Below, in pieces: positions 36,836 through 48,096 of a DNA stretch of 64,000 nucleotides. The stretch is from Mobula hypostoma (taxonomy: Eukaryota), in contig NC_086108.1 of NCBI RefSeq assembly GCF_963921235.1, positions 109,742,001-109,806,000 of the forward strand, read 5' to 3'. A model generated the notes under the pieces. That model ran no database searches and had not been told where the DNA came from. It saw nothing but the letters and a program-made list of their open reading frames with translations. The translations under genes and the position numbers were made by a program. The first letter of the stretch is position 1; each line of letters starts with the position of its first letter.

Positions 36836-37239
36836 CGCCTCTTCCTATAGATGCTGCCTGGCCTGCTACGTTCACCAGCAACTTTGATGTGTGTTGCTTG
36901 AATTTCCAGCATCTGCAGAATTCCTGTTGTTTATATTTAAAGTGGAGGTTGATAGGCTCTTGATTAGTCAGGGTGTCAAAGGTTACGGGGGAAGGCAGGG
37001 AGAATGGGGCTGAGAGGTATAATAAATCGGCCATGATGGAATGACGGACAAGACTCGAAGGGCTGAATGGGAGCTGAACTACACAACTACACAGAAGGCA
37101 CTGACTATTTTTGTTATTTTCCATCCTTTTGCAATCAGATTCAGATCTAATATCATCGTCATATGTTGTGAAATTTGTTTTATATATATATAATTAAATT
37201 AATTAAGTAGTGGAAAGAAATAGTGAGGTAATGTATCAT

Positions 37240-37332
37240 ACCCAAAATTCTGGAGGAACTCAGCAGGTCAGGCAACATCTATGGAAAAGAATAAACACTC
37301 AACGTTTCAGGTGAGACCCTTCATCAGGATTG
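37240..37332 (-). mobile_element. Short Penelope pLTR fragment with degenerate hammerhead, inside a Rex1-type tail
   Basis: Reverse complement contains CTGATGA-agggtctcacct-GAAACGTT. Confidence 0.7.
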
Positions 37333-37677
37333 AATATTTTAATTTCAGTGAGGTCATGTACATGGGTTCGATGTCCATTCAGAAATGTGATGGCAGAGGG
37401 GAAGAAGCTGTTCCTAATGCATTGAGTGTGTGTCTTCAGGCTCCTGTACCTCCTCCCTGATGAGACCAATGAGAAGAGGACATGTCCTGTGTGATGGAGG
37501 TCCTTAATGATAGATGCTGCTTTTTCTGAAACATCACCTTTTGAAGATGTGCTTGAAGGTTGGGAGGCTAGTGCCCATGATGAAGCTGGATGAGTATGAA
37601 ATCTTCTCTAGCTTTCCTTTCCACTCTTTCTTTCTCTTTTGGTCTAACAACCTCTTGCCCTTTATTTCACACAATTG

Positions 37678-39253
37678 CAGTAGATTCCTGTTAATTGGGC
37701 CATTGGTTAATCGGGGTAGTCAATAAGAAAATAGCTGGATTCCCTTTGTTTATTTGGGACACTATGCTGTTTAATTGGGACAGGAGACTGTTGCTGAAGT
37801 TTTTAACTAGTGTCAGCCATGTGCACGTGTGTTCTTTAGACACTACACCATGCTTAGAGCAAAGAGTTTTAAATAGCATCATTTGCAGGTATTTGTGTTC
37901 AAAAGCAATGATTTTTGACACTGATAGTTGGCAAGAAATAATCAGTAAAACAGTCAATCTGAAGAACATGACAACATACACTGGATAATTCCTCTGTTGA
38001 TAACTATCAGGAATTAATACGCAGTTTTATAGTACCATAGTGTTCTAATTTGTTCTGATGATGGCTGATTCTTCGCTTGCGAAGATCAGGAGGGAAGAAG
38101 TGTCCTCAGGAGCGATGGCATGATCGTTGGTGACTGTAGAGGCCAATTCTGGATCAGCAGACTCTGGAGCAGTAGGGACATGGGGATGACTGGGATGAAA
38201 TGGCTCTCATAGTGCTCTGTCCACCGCCTCATGCCGGCTTCCTTGCCTGACAGCAGGCTGGAGCCTTCCGAATCTGACGATTCAGGCCATGCCTTATGCG
38301 CAGTGGTTCGTAGAATGCTCGAATGTTCACGATGTCTGTAGAGTGCTGTGTTCATTCTGCTAGGGAAGTCCACCAATCATTCTGCGTCCATCTCAGATTG
38401 GCTCGGAGGGTGCTGCAGGCAGCATTGTATTCTGCTACGGCCATTGGGTCTAGACAGCAGCAATTAATAGGAGGGGCGTTTCTTTTGCAGAAATTTCCGG
38501 ATTGCAATATTGTTTTCATCAAACCAGTCCTCATTTCTTCTTGAGGAGTACCCAGCTACATCAACAGCCAATCTTCAGCTGCTCCCATTTCTTTCCTGTG
38601 TCAGAGTCTGAGCTTGGGGTACCTTTGCTGTCCAGTTTCTTCCTTAGCTTGATCTGGAATACATCTCAGAGGCCAAAGAGCTTACCCACCTGGAGTCTCT
38701 TTGACCATGGTCCCCATTTCCCTATTGTTGGCTTGATAGCCAGTCTGACTTTCCCTCGACCAGTCTGTGATCCGTATAACAGTCTGCACTTGGCATGACC
38801 CTGGTGTGTAGAACATCTGACGCATCCTTTTGGCGCACCAGGATGTAGTCCAGGAGCTGCCATTGTTTGGATCGGGGTTTTCTCCAGGTTGGCTTTCCGC
38901 TGAAACAGCATATTTTTTATAACCAGGCCTAGTTCTGTGCAGAGCTCCAGAGGCATCATAGTTTCTGCCACCATGATGGCCTAAGATTCCTGGCCATACC
39001 TTGATACCCCTACCCACTCTGGCATTGAAATCACCTAGGATGGTGATCTTGTCTGCCTCAAATGTTTCCAACAGGAGGGAATTCAGCTCCCCGGAGAATG
39101 CCTCTTTGTTCTGTATTTCATTTAAATACATAATTTGTTACTCAGTTAAATAAAATGGTAGCTTGTCTTTTTAACTTAGAGTATTTGGTGCAGCCGCTTA
39201 ATAGGGCCAAAATGTACTGGTCCTGATGTGCCCCAGTTAATCGGATTCCTCTG
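37678..39253. mobile_element. Non-autonomous Tigger/pogo-like DNA transposon, interrupted by an RTE
   Basis: Imperfect TIRs cagtagattcctgttaattggg / cccagttaatcggattcctctg. Confidence 0.5.
38058..39104 (-). mobile_element. Internally deleted RTE LINE
   Basis: ILGDFNARVG...WPGILGHHG endonuclease segment joined to a 3' end with a (CAT)n tail; TTTGTTCTG TSD at 38049-38057 and 39105-39113. Confidence 0.8.
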
Positions 39254-40070
39254 TGTTTTGTGGGTCTGCATGCCTTTCTGTCAAGTCAGTCAGAAGCAAG
39301 TCAGAACCACTTTTTCAGAATTGCCACAATGATCAAAATCTCCCCGAGCTGCCTGGAGCTGTCATTGGAAATAGCAATTGACTTATTCCTCTGGGATTTC
39401 TTTGAAAAGCGGTTCACCTTAAAACATTTCCCAAGGGAAACTACTTCATAAATATCATTACAATGCCTGCTCTGTGCAATGTATCATTAGATCACTTGAT
39501 CACTGTCAAATATCATGTTCGACAGTCTTTTTCTGAGCGATGTTAATGCAGGGACATGGAAAATTTTCCACTTCAGATACCCCTTAGCGCTGGTATCTAC
39601 CAGTCCTAGAAGTGTCACAGCAAGGGTTTGATAGTGTATAAAGCTCCATTTAAACTGCCTTTCAGTTCCAACTTCACTCATTCATTTGCTGCCATGAGAG
39701 ATGACATGGGAAAAGAGATTCTTTCTGCCTTGGGATTGGGCTCCTCACAGCAAGGGAGGTAGAAAAGGCATTTGCTGGAGAATTGCTTAGAGATTGTGGA
39801 GGCATTAGTAATGATCTTTCAAGAATCACTAGAGTCTGGAATGGTTCCAGAGGATGGGAAAATTGCAAATGTCACTCCACTCTTTAAGAATGGAGAGAGG
39901 CAGAAGAAAGGAAGTTAATCTGAGTTCCATTTAGCCTGGCATCTATTATTAAGGATGAGGTCTCAGCGTACTTGGAGGCATGTAACAAAATAGGGCAAAG
40001 TCAGCATGATTTCCTTAAGGGGAAATCTTGCCTGACGAATCTGTTGGATTTCTTTGAGGAAATAACAGGC

Positions 40071-40175
40071 AACATAGAACATAGAATAGTACAGCACAGT
40101 ACAGGCCCTTCGGCCCACAATGTTGTGCCGACCCTCAAACCCTGCCTCCCATATAAGCCCCCACCTTAAATTCCT
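40071..40175 (-). mobile_element. 105-bp 3' end of a young CR1 subfamily
   Basis: Near-identical to 63540-63645. Confidence 0.85.
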
Positions 40176-41077
40176 CAAGATAGACAAAGGAGAATCAATG
40201 GATGTTGTTTATTTGGATTTTCAGAAGGCCTTTGATAAGATGCTGCACATGAGACTGCTTAATAAGATAAAAGCTCGTGATATTACAGGAAAGATACTAG
40301 CATGGATAAAAGATTGACTAACTGGCAGGAGGCAAAGAGTGGGAATAAAGATATTCTTTTCTGGTCGGCTGCTGGTGACTAGTGGTGTTCCACAGGGATC
40401 AGTGCTGGGGCTGCTTCTTTCCACGTTATATGCCAGTGATTTGGATGATGAAATCATTGGCTTTGTGCCCAGGTTTGCAAACAATACAAACAGAGGTGGG
40501 GCGGCAGGTAGTGTTGTGGAAACAGGGAGTCAGCAGAAGGTCTTGGACAAATTAGGAGAATGGACAGAGAAGTGGCAGATGTGATATCGTGTCAGGAATT
40601 GTAGGTCATGCACTTTGGTAGAAGGAATAAAGGTGTGGACTGTTTTCTAAGTGAGCAGAAAATTCAAAAATCCGAGGTGCAAGGGGACTTCGGAGTCCTC
40701 ACACAGAATTCCCTTAAGGTTAATTTACAGGTTGAGTTGGTGGTAAGAAAGGCAAATGCAATGATAGCATTCATTTTGAGGGGACTAGAATACAAAGCAA
40801 GGATGTAGGCTTCGCTTGGAGTATTGTGAGCAGTTTTGTGCACCCTATCAAAGAAAAATGTGCTGGCATTGGAGAGGGTCCAGAGGAGGTTCACAAGAAT
40901 GATCCCAGAATGGAAGGGTTTAATGTATGATGGCTTTGGGCTTGTAGTCACTGGAGTTTGGAAAAAATGAGGAGGAAAACTCATTGAATATTGAAAGGCC
41001 TAGACAGAGTGGATGTGGAAAGGATATTTCCTATGGTGGGGGAGTCTAGGACCAGACGGCACAGTCTCAGAAAACAG

Positions 41078-41156
41078 CAAGGGTTCCCTACCTGGGGTTC
41101 ACAGACCCCTTGCTTAATCATATTGGTCCATGGCATAAAAAGGTTGGGAACCCCTG
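41078..41156. mobile_element. ~80-bp hAT (Charlie-like) MITE
   Basis: caagggttcccta...gttgggaacccctg TIRs; related copies at 51453-51520 and ~4030-4075. Confidence 0.65.
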
Positions 41157-41370
41157 GAACAGAGGGATGCCCGTTTAGATCAGAGATGAGGAGGATTTTT
41201 TTTTGCCAGAAGGTGGGTGAATCTGTGGAATTCATCTCCACAGGTGGTGTGAAGGCCAAGTCACTGGGTATATTTAAGGCGGAGGTTGATAGTTCCATGA
41301 TTAATCAGGGCATCAAAGGATACAGGGAGCAAGCAGGAGAATGGAGTTGACAGGGATAGTAACTCAGCCA

Positions 41371-41900
41371 CAAGTAAATCTGCTGATGCTGGAAATCCAA
41401 ACAACACACTCAAGATGCTGGAGGAACTCAGCAGGCCAGGCAGCATCTACGGAAAAGAGTAAACAGTTGATGTTTTGGGCAGAGAACCTTCATTAGAAAA
41501 AAAAAAGATGAGGTCAGAGTAAGAAGGTGGGAGGAGGGAAGGAAGAAATACAAGGCAGGTGATAGGTGAAACCAGGAGGGGGGAGGCGTGAAGTAAAGAG
41601 CTGGGAAGCTGATTGGTGAAAGAGATAAAGGGCTGGAGAAGTGACAATCTGATAGGAGAGGGTAGAAGACCAGGGAAGAAAGGGAAGGGAAGGACCATCG
41701 GAGGGAAGTGATGGGCAGGTAAGGAGATAAGGTGAGGGAGGGAAATGGGAATAGGGAATGGCAAAAGGAGGGCTCTACCAGAAGTTCAAGAAATCAATGT
41801 TCACGCCTTCAGATTGGAGGCTACCCGGATGGAATATGAAGTGTTGGTCCTCCAACGTGAGTGTGGCCTCACCGTGGCAGTAGAGGAGGTCATGGACTGA
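41371..41900 (-). mobile_element. Penelope 3' fragment with pLTR
   Basis: Homology to 36390-36930; TCAGCCA duplicated on both flanks. Confidence 0.8.
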
Positions 41901-42044
41901 CAATCAGCCATGGTGGACTGGCAGAGCAGACTTGATGGGCCAATGGCCAATTCTGCTCCTATGTCCTATGATGTTATGTTCTTAAAATCTTATGTGCATG
42001 CAACATGTCGATGCACCTTAGTCTTTCACTCAGGGAAAGGGGAT

Positions 42045-42550
42045 CAGAATCGGGTTTAATATCACTGACCTATGTCGTGAAATTTGATAACTTTGCAGCA
42101 GCAGTACAGTACATGATAATATAGAAAAAGATTTAATAACAGTAAGCTAATATATAATTTAAATTAAATAAGTTGTGCAAAAACAGAAATAAAAGAGTAG
42201 TGAGCTGGTGTTCATGGGTTTAATGTCCATTCAGAAATCGGATAGCAGAGCAGAAGTTTTTCCTGATTCATTGATTGTGTGCCTTCAGGATTCTGTATCT
42301 CCCTCCTGATGGTAACAATGAAAAAGGGGTATGTCCTGTGTGGTGGGGTTCCTTAATGATGGACGCCACCCTTTAGAGGCACCACTCCTTAAAAATACCT
42401 TGGATATTACAGGGGCTAGCGTCCATGATGGAGCTGACTAATTTTACAACTCTCTGCAGCTTGTTTCAATCCTATGCAGTCGACCCCCACAATAGCAGAC
42501 AGTGATGCAGCCAGTTAGAATGCTCTCCACATACACCTGTAGAAACTTGC
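42045..42550 (-). mobile_element. Rex1-type 3' fragment
   Basis: Reverse complement of 27840-28295-type sequence. Confidence 0.7.
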
Positions 42551-42714
42551 TTTGATCTAAAACTAAGGGTCACAGGTTTGAAGTGGGAAGGTGGGGGAAG
42601 AAAGATTTAAAAGGTACTTGAAGGGCAACTTCTTCACACGAAGGGTGGTCAACACATGGAACAAGCTGACGGAGGAAGTGACTGAGGCAGATGTAATAAC
42701 AGCACGTTCATTAT

Positions 42715-42945
42715 TTCGAGATACAGTACAGTAACCGGTCCTTCTGGGCCAACAAGCCTGCCCAATTACACTCACGTGACCAATCAAACAACTAGCCTAT
42801 ACGTCTTTGGAATATGGGAGGAAACCAGAGCACCTGGAGAAAACCCACAGAGTCACAAGCCGAATGTACAAACTCCTTGCACACTGTGGCAGGAATTAAA
42901 CCTGAGTCGCTGTCACTGTAATAGCACTAGGCTACCATGCTATCC
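42715..42945 (-). mobile_element. V-SINE (HE1-like)
   Basis: Close match to 716-970. Confidence 0.7.
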
Positions 42946-43179
42946 ACAGTGTTGATGAGGCCATTTCAATGACCATCAATACATTTCAATGACTACCAAG
43001 GGTCTTAGACCCCAACTTAGAGTTAGGCCACAGGGTTTGTGGCCTAACTTGTCCTTGCTGACCAAGTTGTCTACCAGAGCCTGCATGTGGCCCACATCCC
43101 TCAAAACTCACCCTTTGCATGCACCTCTCTGAATAATAACATTTGAGCAACAAAGATCTTGTTTCCTGAATACTTTTAG

Positions 43180-43911
43180 GTGTACCTTATGGATTTTGGG
43201 CTGCTGATCATGAAAATTGGCATGAATTTTCCCAATCAGACACCTTTTTTAAAAAAAATCACCTATATTTGTGATTTCAATTCATCATTCAAGTCAGAAT
43301 AACCGGTCCACAGATCAAACAGGTCATCAATGAAAGGTAATTTTAAAAACTTCTAGAGGGACCAGAGAAAATCACATGGAAGGCATTCAAGGATGTTGCT
43401 GAAAGTTTTCCTGGCAACTGCAGAGCTGCAAACTACATGCAGCTGGTTGACAACATGCTTCAAGCATACAAAATCATAAGTGCAACATGACTAAGAACTC
43501 ATTTTCTGCATTCCCATTTAGACTTCTTCCCTGTAAATCTAGGCTCTGTCAATGTCAAGGATGGTGCAAGGTTTCACCAGGACATTGTAGTTATGGAGAA
43601 ATGGTATCAGGGCAACTGGAATCCATCAATGCTGGCTGATTATTGTTGGACACTTAAGCAAGAAGCCTCAGACATAAGTACAAATGAAAATCCTCAACAA
43701 AACATTTTTAGCTTAGTTGAACTATTACAAATCATCAGCAATGTTATGTAATTAAAAATGTATTATATTCAATAAAAGTTAATTTCTTGTTTTTCCAAAA
43801 TCCTACATGATACAAACAGTCTGACATTATATTTGTGTTCAGCTTCAAGAAGTCTATCATAAACAAAAAAAATTCAGAGGAAGCACTTTTGAAAAATTTT
43901 GTTGTCCAATG
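43180..43911 (+). mobile_element. DNA transposon remnant, probably CMC-Chapaev3
   Basis: WKAFKDV...GARFHQDIVVMEKWYQGNWNPSMLADYCWTL; right end gttgtccaatg. Confidence 0.6.
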
Positions 43912-43914
43912 CAG

Positions 43915-44330
43915 TAGTAATAATAATAATAATAATAATGATAACTATTTAAAGTACTTTTCATGCAGATGATGTAGTTCAAAGTGCTTTACAATGGGAT
44001 AAGAGTACAAACATTAAAATAAAATAAAAATAAAAATAAATATCAATATAAAAGACAAAAAGATGCAAGTTAAAAGCAAGGTTAAATAAATAAGTTTGGA
44101 GTTGGTGTTTAAATGTCAACTAAGTCTGCATCCCTTATAGTTTTAGATATTGAATTCCACAGATTCAGAGCATAGTTCAAAAAAGCTGACCTGCCAATTA
44201 TCTTTTGAGGGAGATTGTTTCAATTTAAGAGAGTGGTGGAAGTAGAGCTGAGAGCTCCAGCTGGATGTAAAACAAAAGTGATTCTGTGATGGACTCCAGC
44301 CCTAGACCATTAAGAGCTTTAAAAACAATA
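43915..44330 (-). mobile_element. L2 LINE 3' end with (TAA)n tail
   Basis: IVFKALNGLG...NLWNS on the - strand; aaagtgctttaca tail motif. Confidence 0.6.
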
Positions 44331-44628
44331 AGAGAATGTCTTTTAAATGTAATTGCACTCCCCTCTACTAACTCCTCTAGCATGCTTTTCCACATATCTA
44401 CTTCCCTCTGTGTGAAAAACTTCCCCCTCAGTCTCTCTTAAATCTTTCTTTTTTCACTATAAACCTTTGCCTATTGTTTTAAACTCTCTTTAGAATGGCC
44501 ATTACCTTATAGAGTCATAGAATTCATCGAACACTATAGCACAGCGACAGGTCCTTTGGCCGTCCAGTCTGTGACGAACTATTAATCTGCCCAGCCCATC
44601 AATCGGCACTTCATACCCCACCTTCCAA

Positions 44629-44817
44629 AGCAACACACGCAAGATGCTGGAGGAACTCAACAGGTCAGGCAGCATTAATGGAAATGAACAAACAGTTGAC
44701 ATTTTGGGTTGAGACTCTTCTTCAGGGTGAAGAAGGTTGTCGGCCCGAAACATCGACTGTTTGTTCATTTTGCGTGTGCTCCTTTGGATATCCAACATCT
44801 GCACACTTTCTTGTGTT
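44629..44817. mobile_element. Miniature fold-back Penelope pLTR
   Basis: aaatgaacaaacag...ctgtttgttcattt inverted around two abutting hammerhead remnants. Confidence 0.75.
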
Positions 44818-45135
44818 GCAGCAATGCCCCCCCCCCAACCCATCCATGTACCTATCCATACTTCTCTTATATGCTGAAATCAAACCCACATCCATCACTT
44901 CCACTGGCAGCTCATTCCACACTCTCACCATCCCCTGAGTGAGAAGTTCCCCTCATGTTCTCCCTAAACATTTCACCTTTCACCCTTAACCCATGACCTC
45001 TAGTTGTAGTCTCACTGAACCACAATGGAAAAAACCTGCTTGCATTTACCCAATCAATCCCTTCAAATCTCCTTTCAATCTTCTACATTCTTATCTGTAC
45101 CCCTCATTTTATAAACCTCTGTAAGGTCATCTGTC

Positions 45136-45800
45136 AGTTCAGTTCTCGTTTATTGTCATTTAGAAACGCATGCATTAAAAAATGATACAACGTTCCTCCA
45201 GAATGATATCACAAGAAAACACATAGACAAACCAAGACTAAAACTGACAAAACCACATAATTATAACATATAGTTACAACAGTGCAAAGCAATACCGTAA
45301 TTTGATAAAGAGCAGACCATGGGCATGGTAAAAAGAAGTCTCAAAGTCCCGACAGACTCATCATCTCACGCAGGCGGCAGAGACGCAGGGGGAGGAACTC
45401 TCCCCACCATGAACCTCCAAGTGCAGCCAACTCACCGATGCAGCACCATTGGAAACACCCGACCGCAGCGGACTCTGAGTCCGTCCGAAAACTTCGAGCC
45501 TCCGACCAGTCCGTCCAACACAGCCTCTCCGAGCACCATCCTCTGCCAAGCGCTTCGACCCCACCCCGGCCGCCGAGAAACAAGCAAAGCCGAGGACTCA
45601 GGGTCTTCTCCTCCGGAGATTCTGCACCACACAGTAGCAGCAGCAGCGAAGCGGGCATTTCAGAAGTTTCACCAGATGTTCCTCCGTGCTCTCACGTCCG
45701 TCTCCATCAAATCAGGATTGTGCATGGCACCCTACTTGACAAATAACAGACATCACCACCGGAGTGGCCGCTGCGAGCTGTGTCGCGCCGCCATCTTCCC
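45136..45800 (-). mobile_element. Short non-autonomous retroposon inside a CR1 fragment
   Basis: The - strand starts GGGAAGATGGCGGCG, is CpG-rich, and ends with AATAAA plus (GAACT)n; GTCAG on both flanks. Confidence 0.6.
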
Positions 45801-46369
45801 ACCAGTCAGCCTCCTACTCTGCGAGGACAAAGTCCCAGCCTATTCAGCCTCTCCTGATAAATCAAGCTATCTTGTCCCAGCAACATCCTTAGGAATCCTT
45901 TCTACTCCCTTTCAAACTCCAGTTATGACCCCATGACTGAACTAAAAGTCACTGGACTAATAGCTGAACATAGAAGAACATAGAACGTAGCACAGTAGCA
46001 GCCCTTTGAACCACGGTGTTGGGCTATCTTTTTAACCTACTCGAAGATCAATCTAACCCTTCCCTCATGCATTGATTTCCATTTTCCACCATCCATTAAG
46101 AGTCTCTTAAATGACCCTAATGTATCTGCCTCTACCACCACTCCTGGCAGGGTGTTCCATGCACCAACTACTATGTATAAAGAAACCACCTCAGGCATCT
46201 TCCTATATTTTCCTGCAATCATTTATAATTATAGCCCTCGATTTAGCTATTTCATCCCTGGGGAAAAGGCGCTGTTTAAGCGGGAGGTTTGAGTGGTTTG
46301 TAATAGGTACCATTCCCCCAAGATGACGTGGCCTCCTGTCCAATTCCGGCACTGTGGGACACGTTTCAG

Positions 46370-47090
46370 AGGATCTGTCCTGGGCCCAGCATGTAAGTGC
46401 AATTACAAAGAAAGCATGGCAGTGCCTCTACTTCCTTAGAAGTTTGTGAAGGTTTGTCATGACAGCTAAAACTTTGACAAACTTCTGTAGATGTGCGGTG
46501 GAGAGCATATTGACTCGTTGCGTCACAGTCTGGTATGGAAACACCAATGCCCTTGAATGGAAAATCCTACAAAAAGTGGTGGATATGTCCAATTCATCAG
46601 GGGTAAGACCCTCCACTCCATTGAGCACATCTACATGGAACGTTTTTGCAGCAAAGTGGCATCCATCATCAGGGACTCCATCACCCAGGCCATGCTCTCT
46701 TCTCACTACTGCTATCAGGAAGGAGGTACAGGAGCCTCAGGATCCACACCACCAGGTTCAGAAACAGTTGTTACTCCTCAACCATCAGGTCCCTGGACCA
46801 GAGGGATAACTTCATTCACCCCATCACTGAACTGTTCCCACAACCTATGGACTCATTTTCAAGGATTCCTCATCTCATGTTCTTGATATTTATTGCTTAT
46901 TTATTTATTTATTATGATTTCTTTGCACAGTTTGTTGACTGGTTGTTTCTCTGTCCCATTGCATGTGGTCTTCCACTGATTCTATAGTGTTGTTTGGATT
47001 TACTGTGAATGCCCACAAGAAAACGAACCTCAGAGTTGTATGTGGTGATATACATGTACTTTAATACTAAATTTACTCTGAACTCTGAAC
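46370..47090 (+). mobile_element. Rex1/Babar 3' fragment
   Basis: TLTNFCRCAVESILT..WYGN...GRRYRSLRIHTTRFRNS. Confidence 0.85.
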
Positions 47091-47339
47091 AGGTAGAGCA
47101 CAAATAACATCAGCAAAGGAGAAAGTACTAATGGACTCATGTGGGCAGGTCAAAGGCGCACTGCCCTGAAAGATCTTACTTCATTTGCTACTGGACCTTC
47201 TGTATGTTTTGAAGAAGGAAATACTCAGTCTTTATTTTGACATACAGCACAGTAACAAGCCCCTCCAGCCAAACAAGCCCATACTGCACAATTATATGCA
47301 TGTGACTGATAAATCTACCAACATGCACATCTGGATTTG

Positions 47340-47685
47340 CACATGTGGCAAAGTTGTTTCCCATGATGGGGGAGTCTAGTACGAGAGGGCATGACTTAAG
47401 GATTGAAGGGCGCCCATTCAGAACAGAGATGCGAAGAAATTTTTTTAGCCAGAGGGTGGTGAATCTATGGAATTTGTCGCCACGGGCGGCAGTGGAGGCC
47501 AAGTCATTGGGTGTATTTAAGGCAGAGATTGATAGATATCTGAGTAGCCAGGGCATCAAAGGTTATGGTGAGAAGGCGGGGGAGTGGGACTAAATGGGAG
47601 AATGGATCAGCTCATGATAAAATGGCAGAGCAGACTCGATGGGCCGAATGGCCGACTTCTGCTCCTTTGTCTTATGGTCTTATGG
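47340..47685 (+). mobile_element. Young CR1 3' fragment nested in a V-SINE (~47240-47825, - strand)
   Basis: ORF 47345-47593; SINE halves on either side. Confidence 0.85.
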
Positions 47686-47911
47686 AATGTGGGAATAAAC
47701 CTGAGCTCCTAAAGGAAACCTACATGGTCATGGGGAGAACATACAAACTCCTTACAGGCAGCGGTGGGAATTGAATCTGCCTCTCTGGCGTTGTGTTAGC
47801 GTTATACTATTACTCTACTGCACCATCCACTCAATGGAAAAGACATGGTGATCCACCAGTATTTAATGGCAGTGGTGAACCCAGCACGTTACCGCTCTCC
47901 CCTCTCCTTAG

Positions 47912-48045
47912 AGCTGCACTCCTATCACAGGCACTGATCTCTTCCGTGAGCAAACGGTGCATGGAGGTGCCACGCAGGGAAGGCCATCCATAGTGTCCCA
48001 GCATAAACGGGCCCTGGATTGGCATTCAGTTCCAGCAATTGAGAG
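47912..48045 (+). CDS. Candidate exon of unidentified host gene (phase 0 to 2)
   Basis: ctctcccctctccttag/ acceptor; open SCTPITGTDLFREQTVHGGATQGRPSIVSQHKRALDWHSVPAIE; weak AG/GTTAAC donor. Confidence 0.35.
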
Positions 48046-48096
48046 GTTAACTCATCTACTCATCCAGGGAAGTAACTGCAAAGTATACATATCCCA

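Larger units (their letters stand above)
30804..36931. mobile_element. Fold-back (inverted dimer) Penelope-like retroelement insertion
   Basis: ~2.8-kb inverted arms (30804-33609 and ~34072-36898); 16-bp TSD TATATTTAAAGTGGAG at 30788-30803 and 36932-36947. Confidence 0.93.
30620..37075 (+). mobile_element. CR1 3' fragment split by the Penelope dimer (30620-30803 and 36932-37075)
   Basis: CR1 sequence ...SLNIFKVE resumes after the insertion as ...FKVEVDRLLISQG. Confidence 0.85.
39755..41365 (+). mobile_element. Degenerate CR1 ORF2 with nested inserts
   Basis: SCLTNLL, YLDFQKAFD, SGVPQGSVLG and C-terminal motifs. Confidence 0.9.

Noticed and set aside
30804..36931. Retron, DGR or group II intron-like prokaryotic RT system
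   Set aside because: RT plus C-terminal GIY-YIG with pLTRs identifies a eukaryotic Penelope-like element; there is no operon context
45319..45936. 205-aa ORF
   Set aside because: Antisense read of a GC-rich retroposon; no domain motifs
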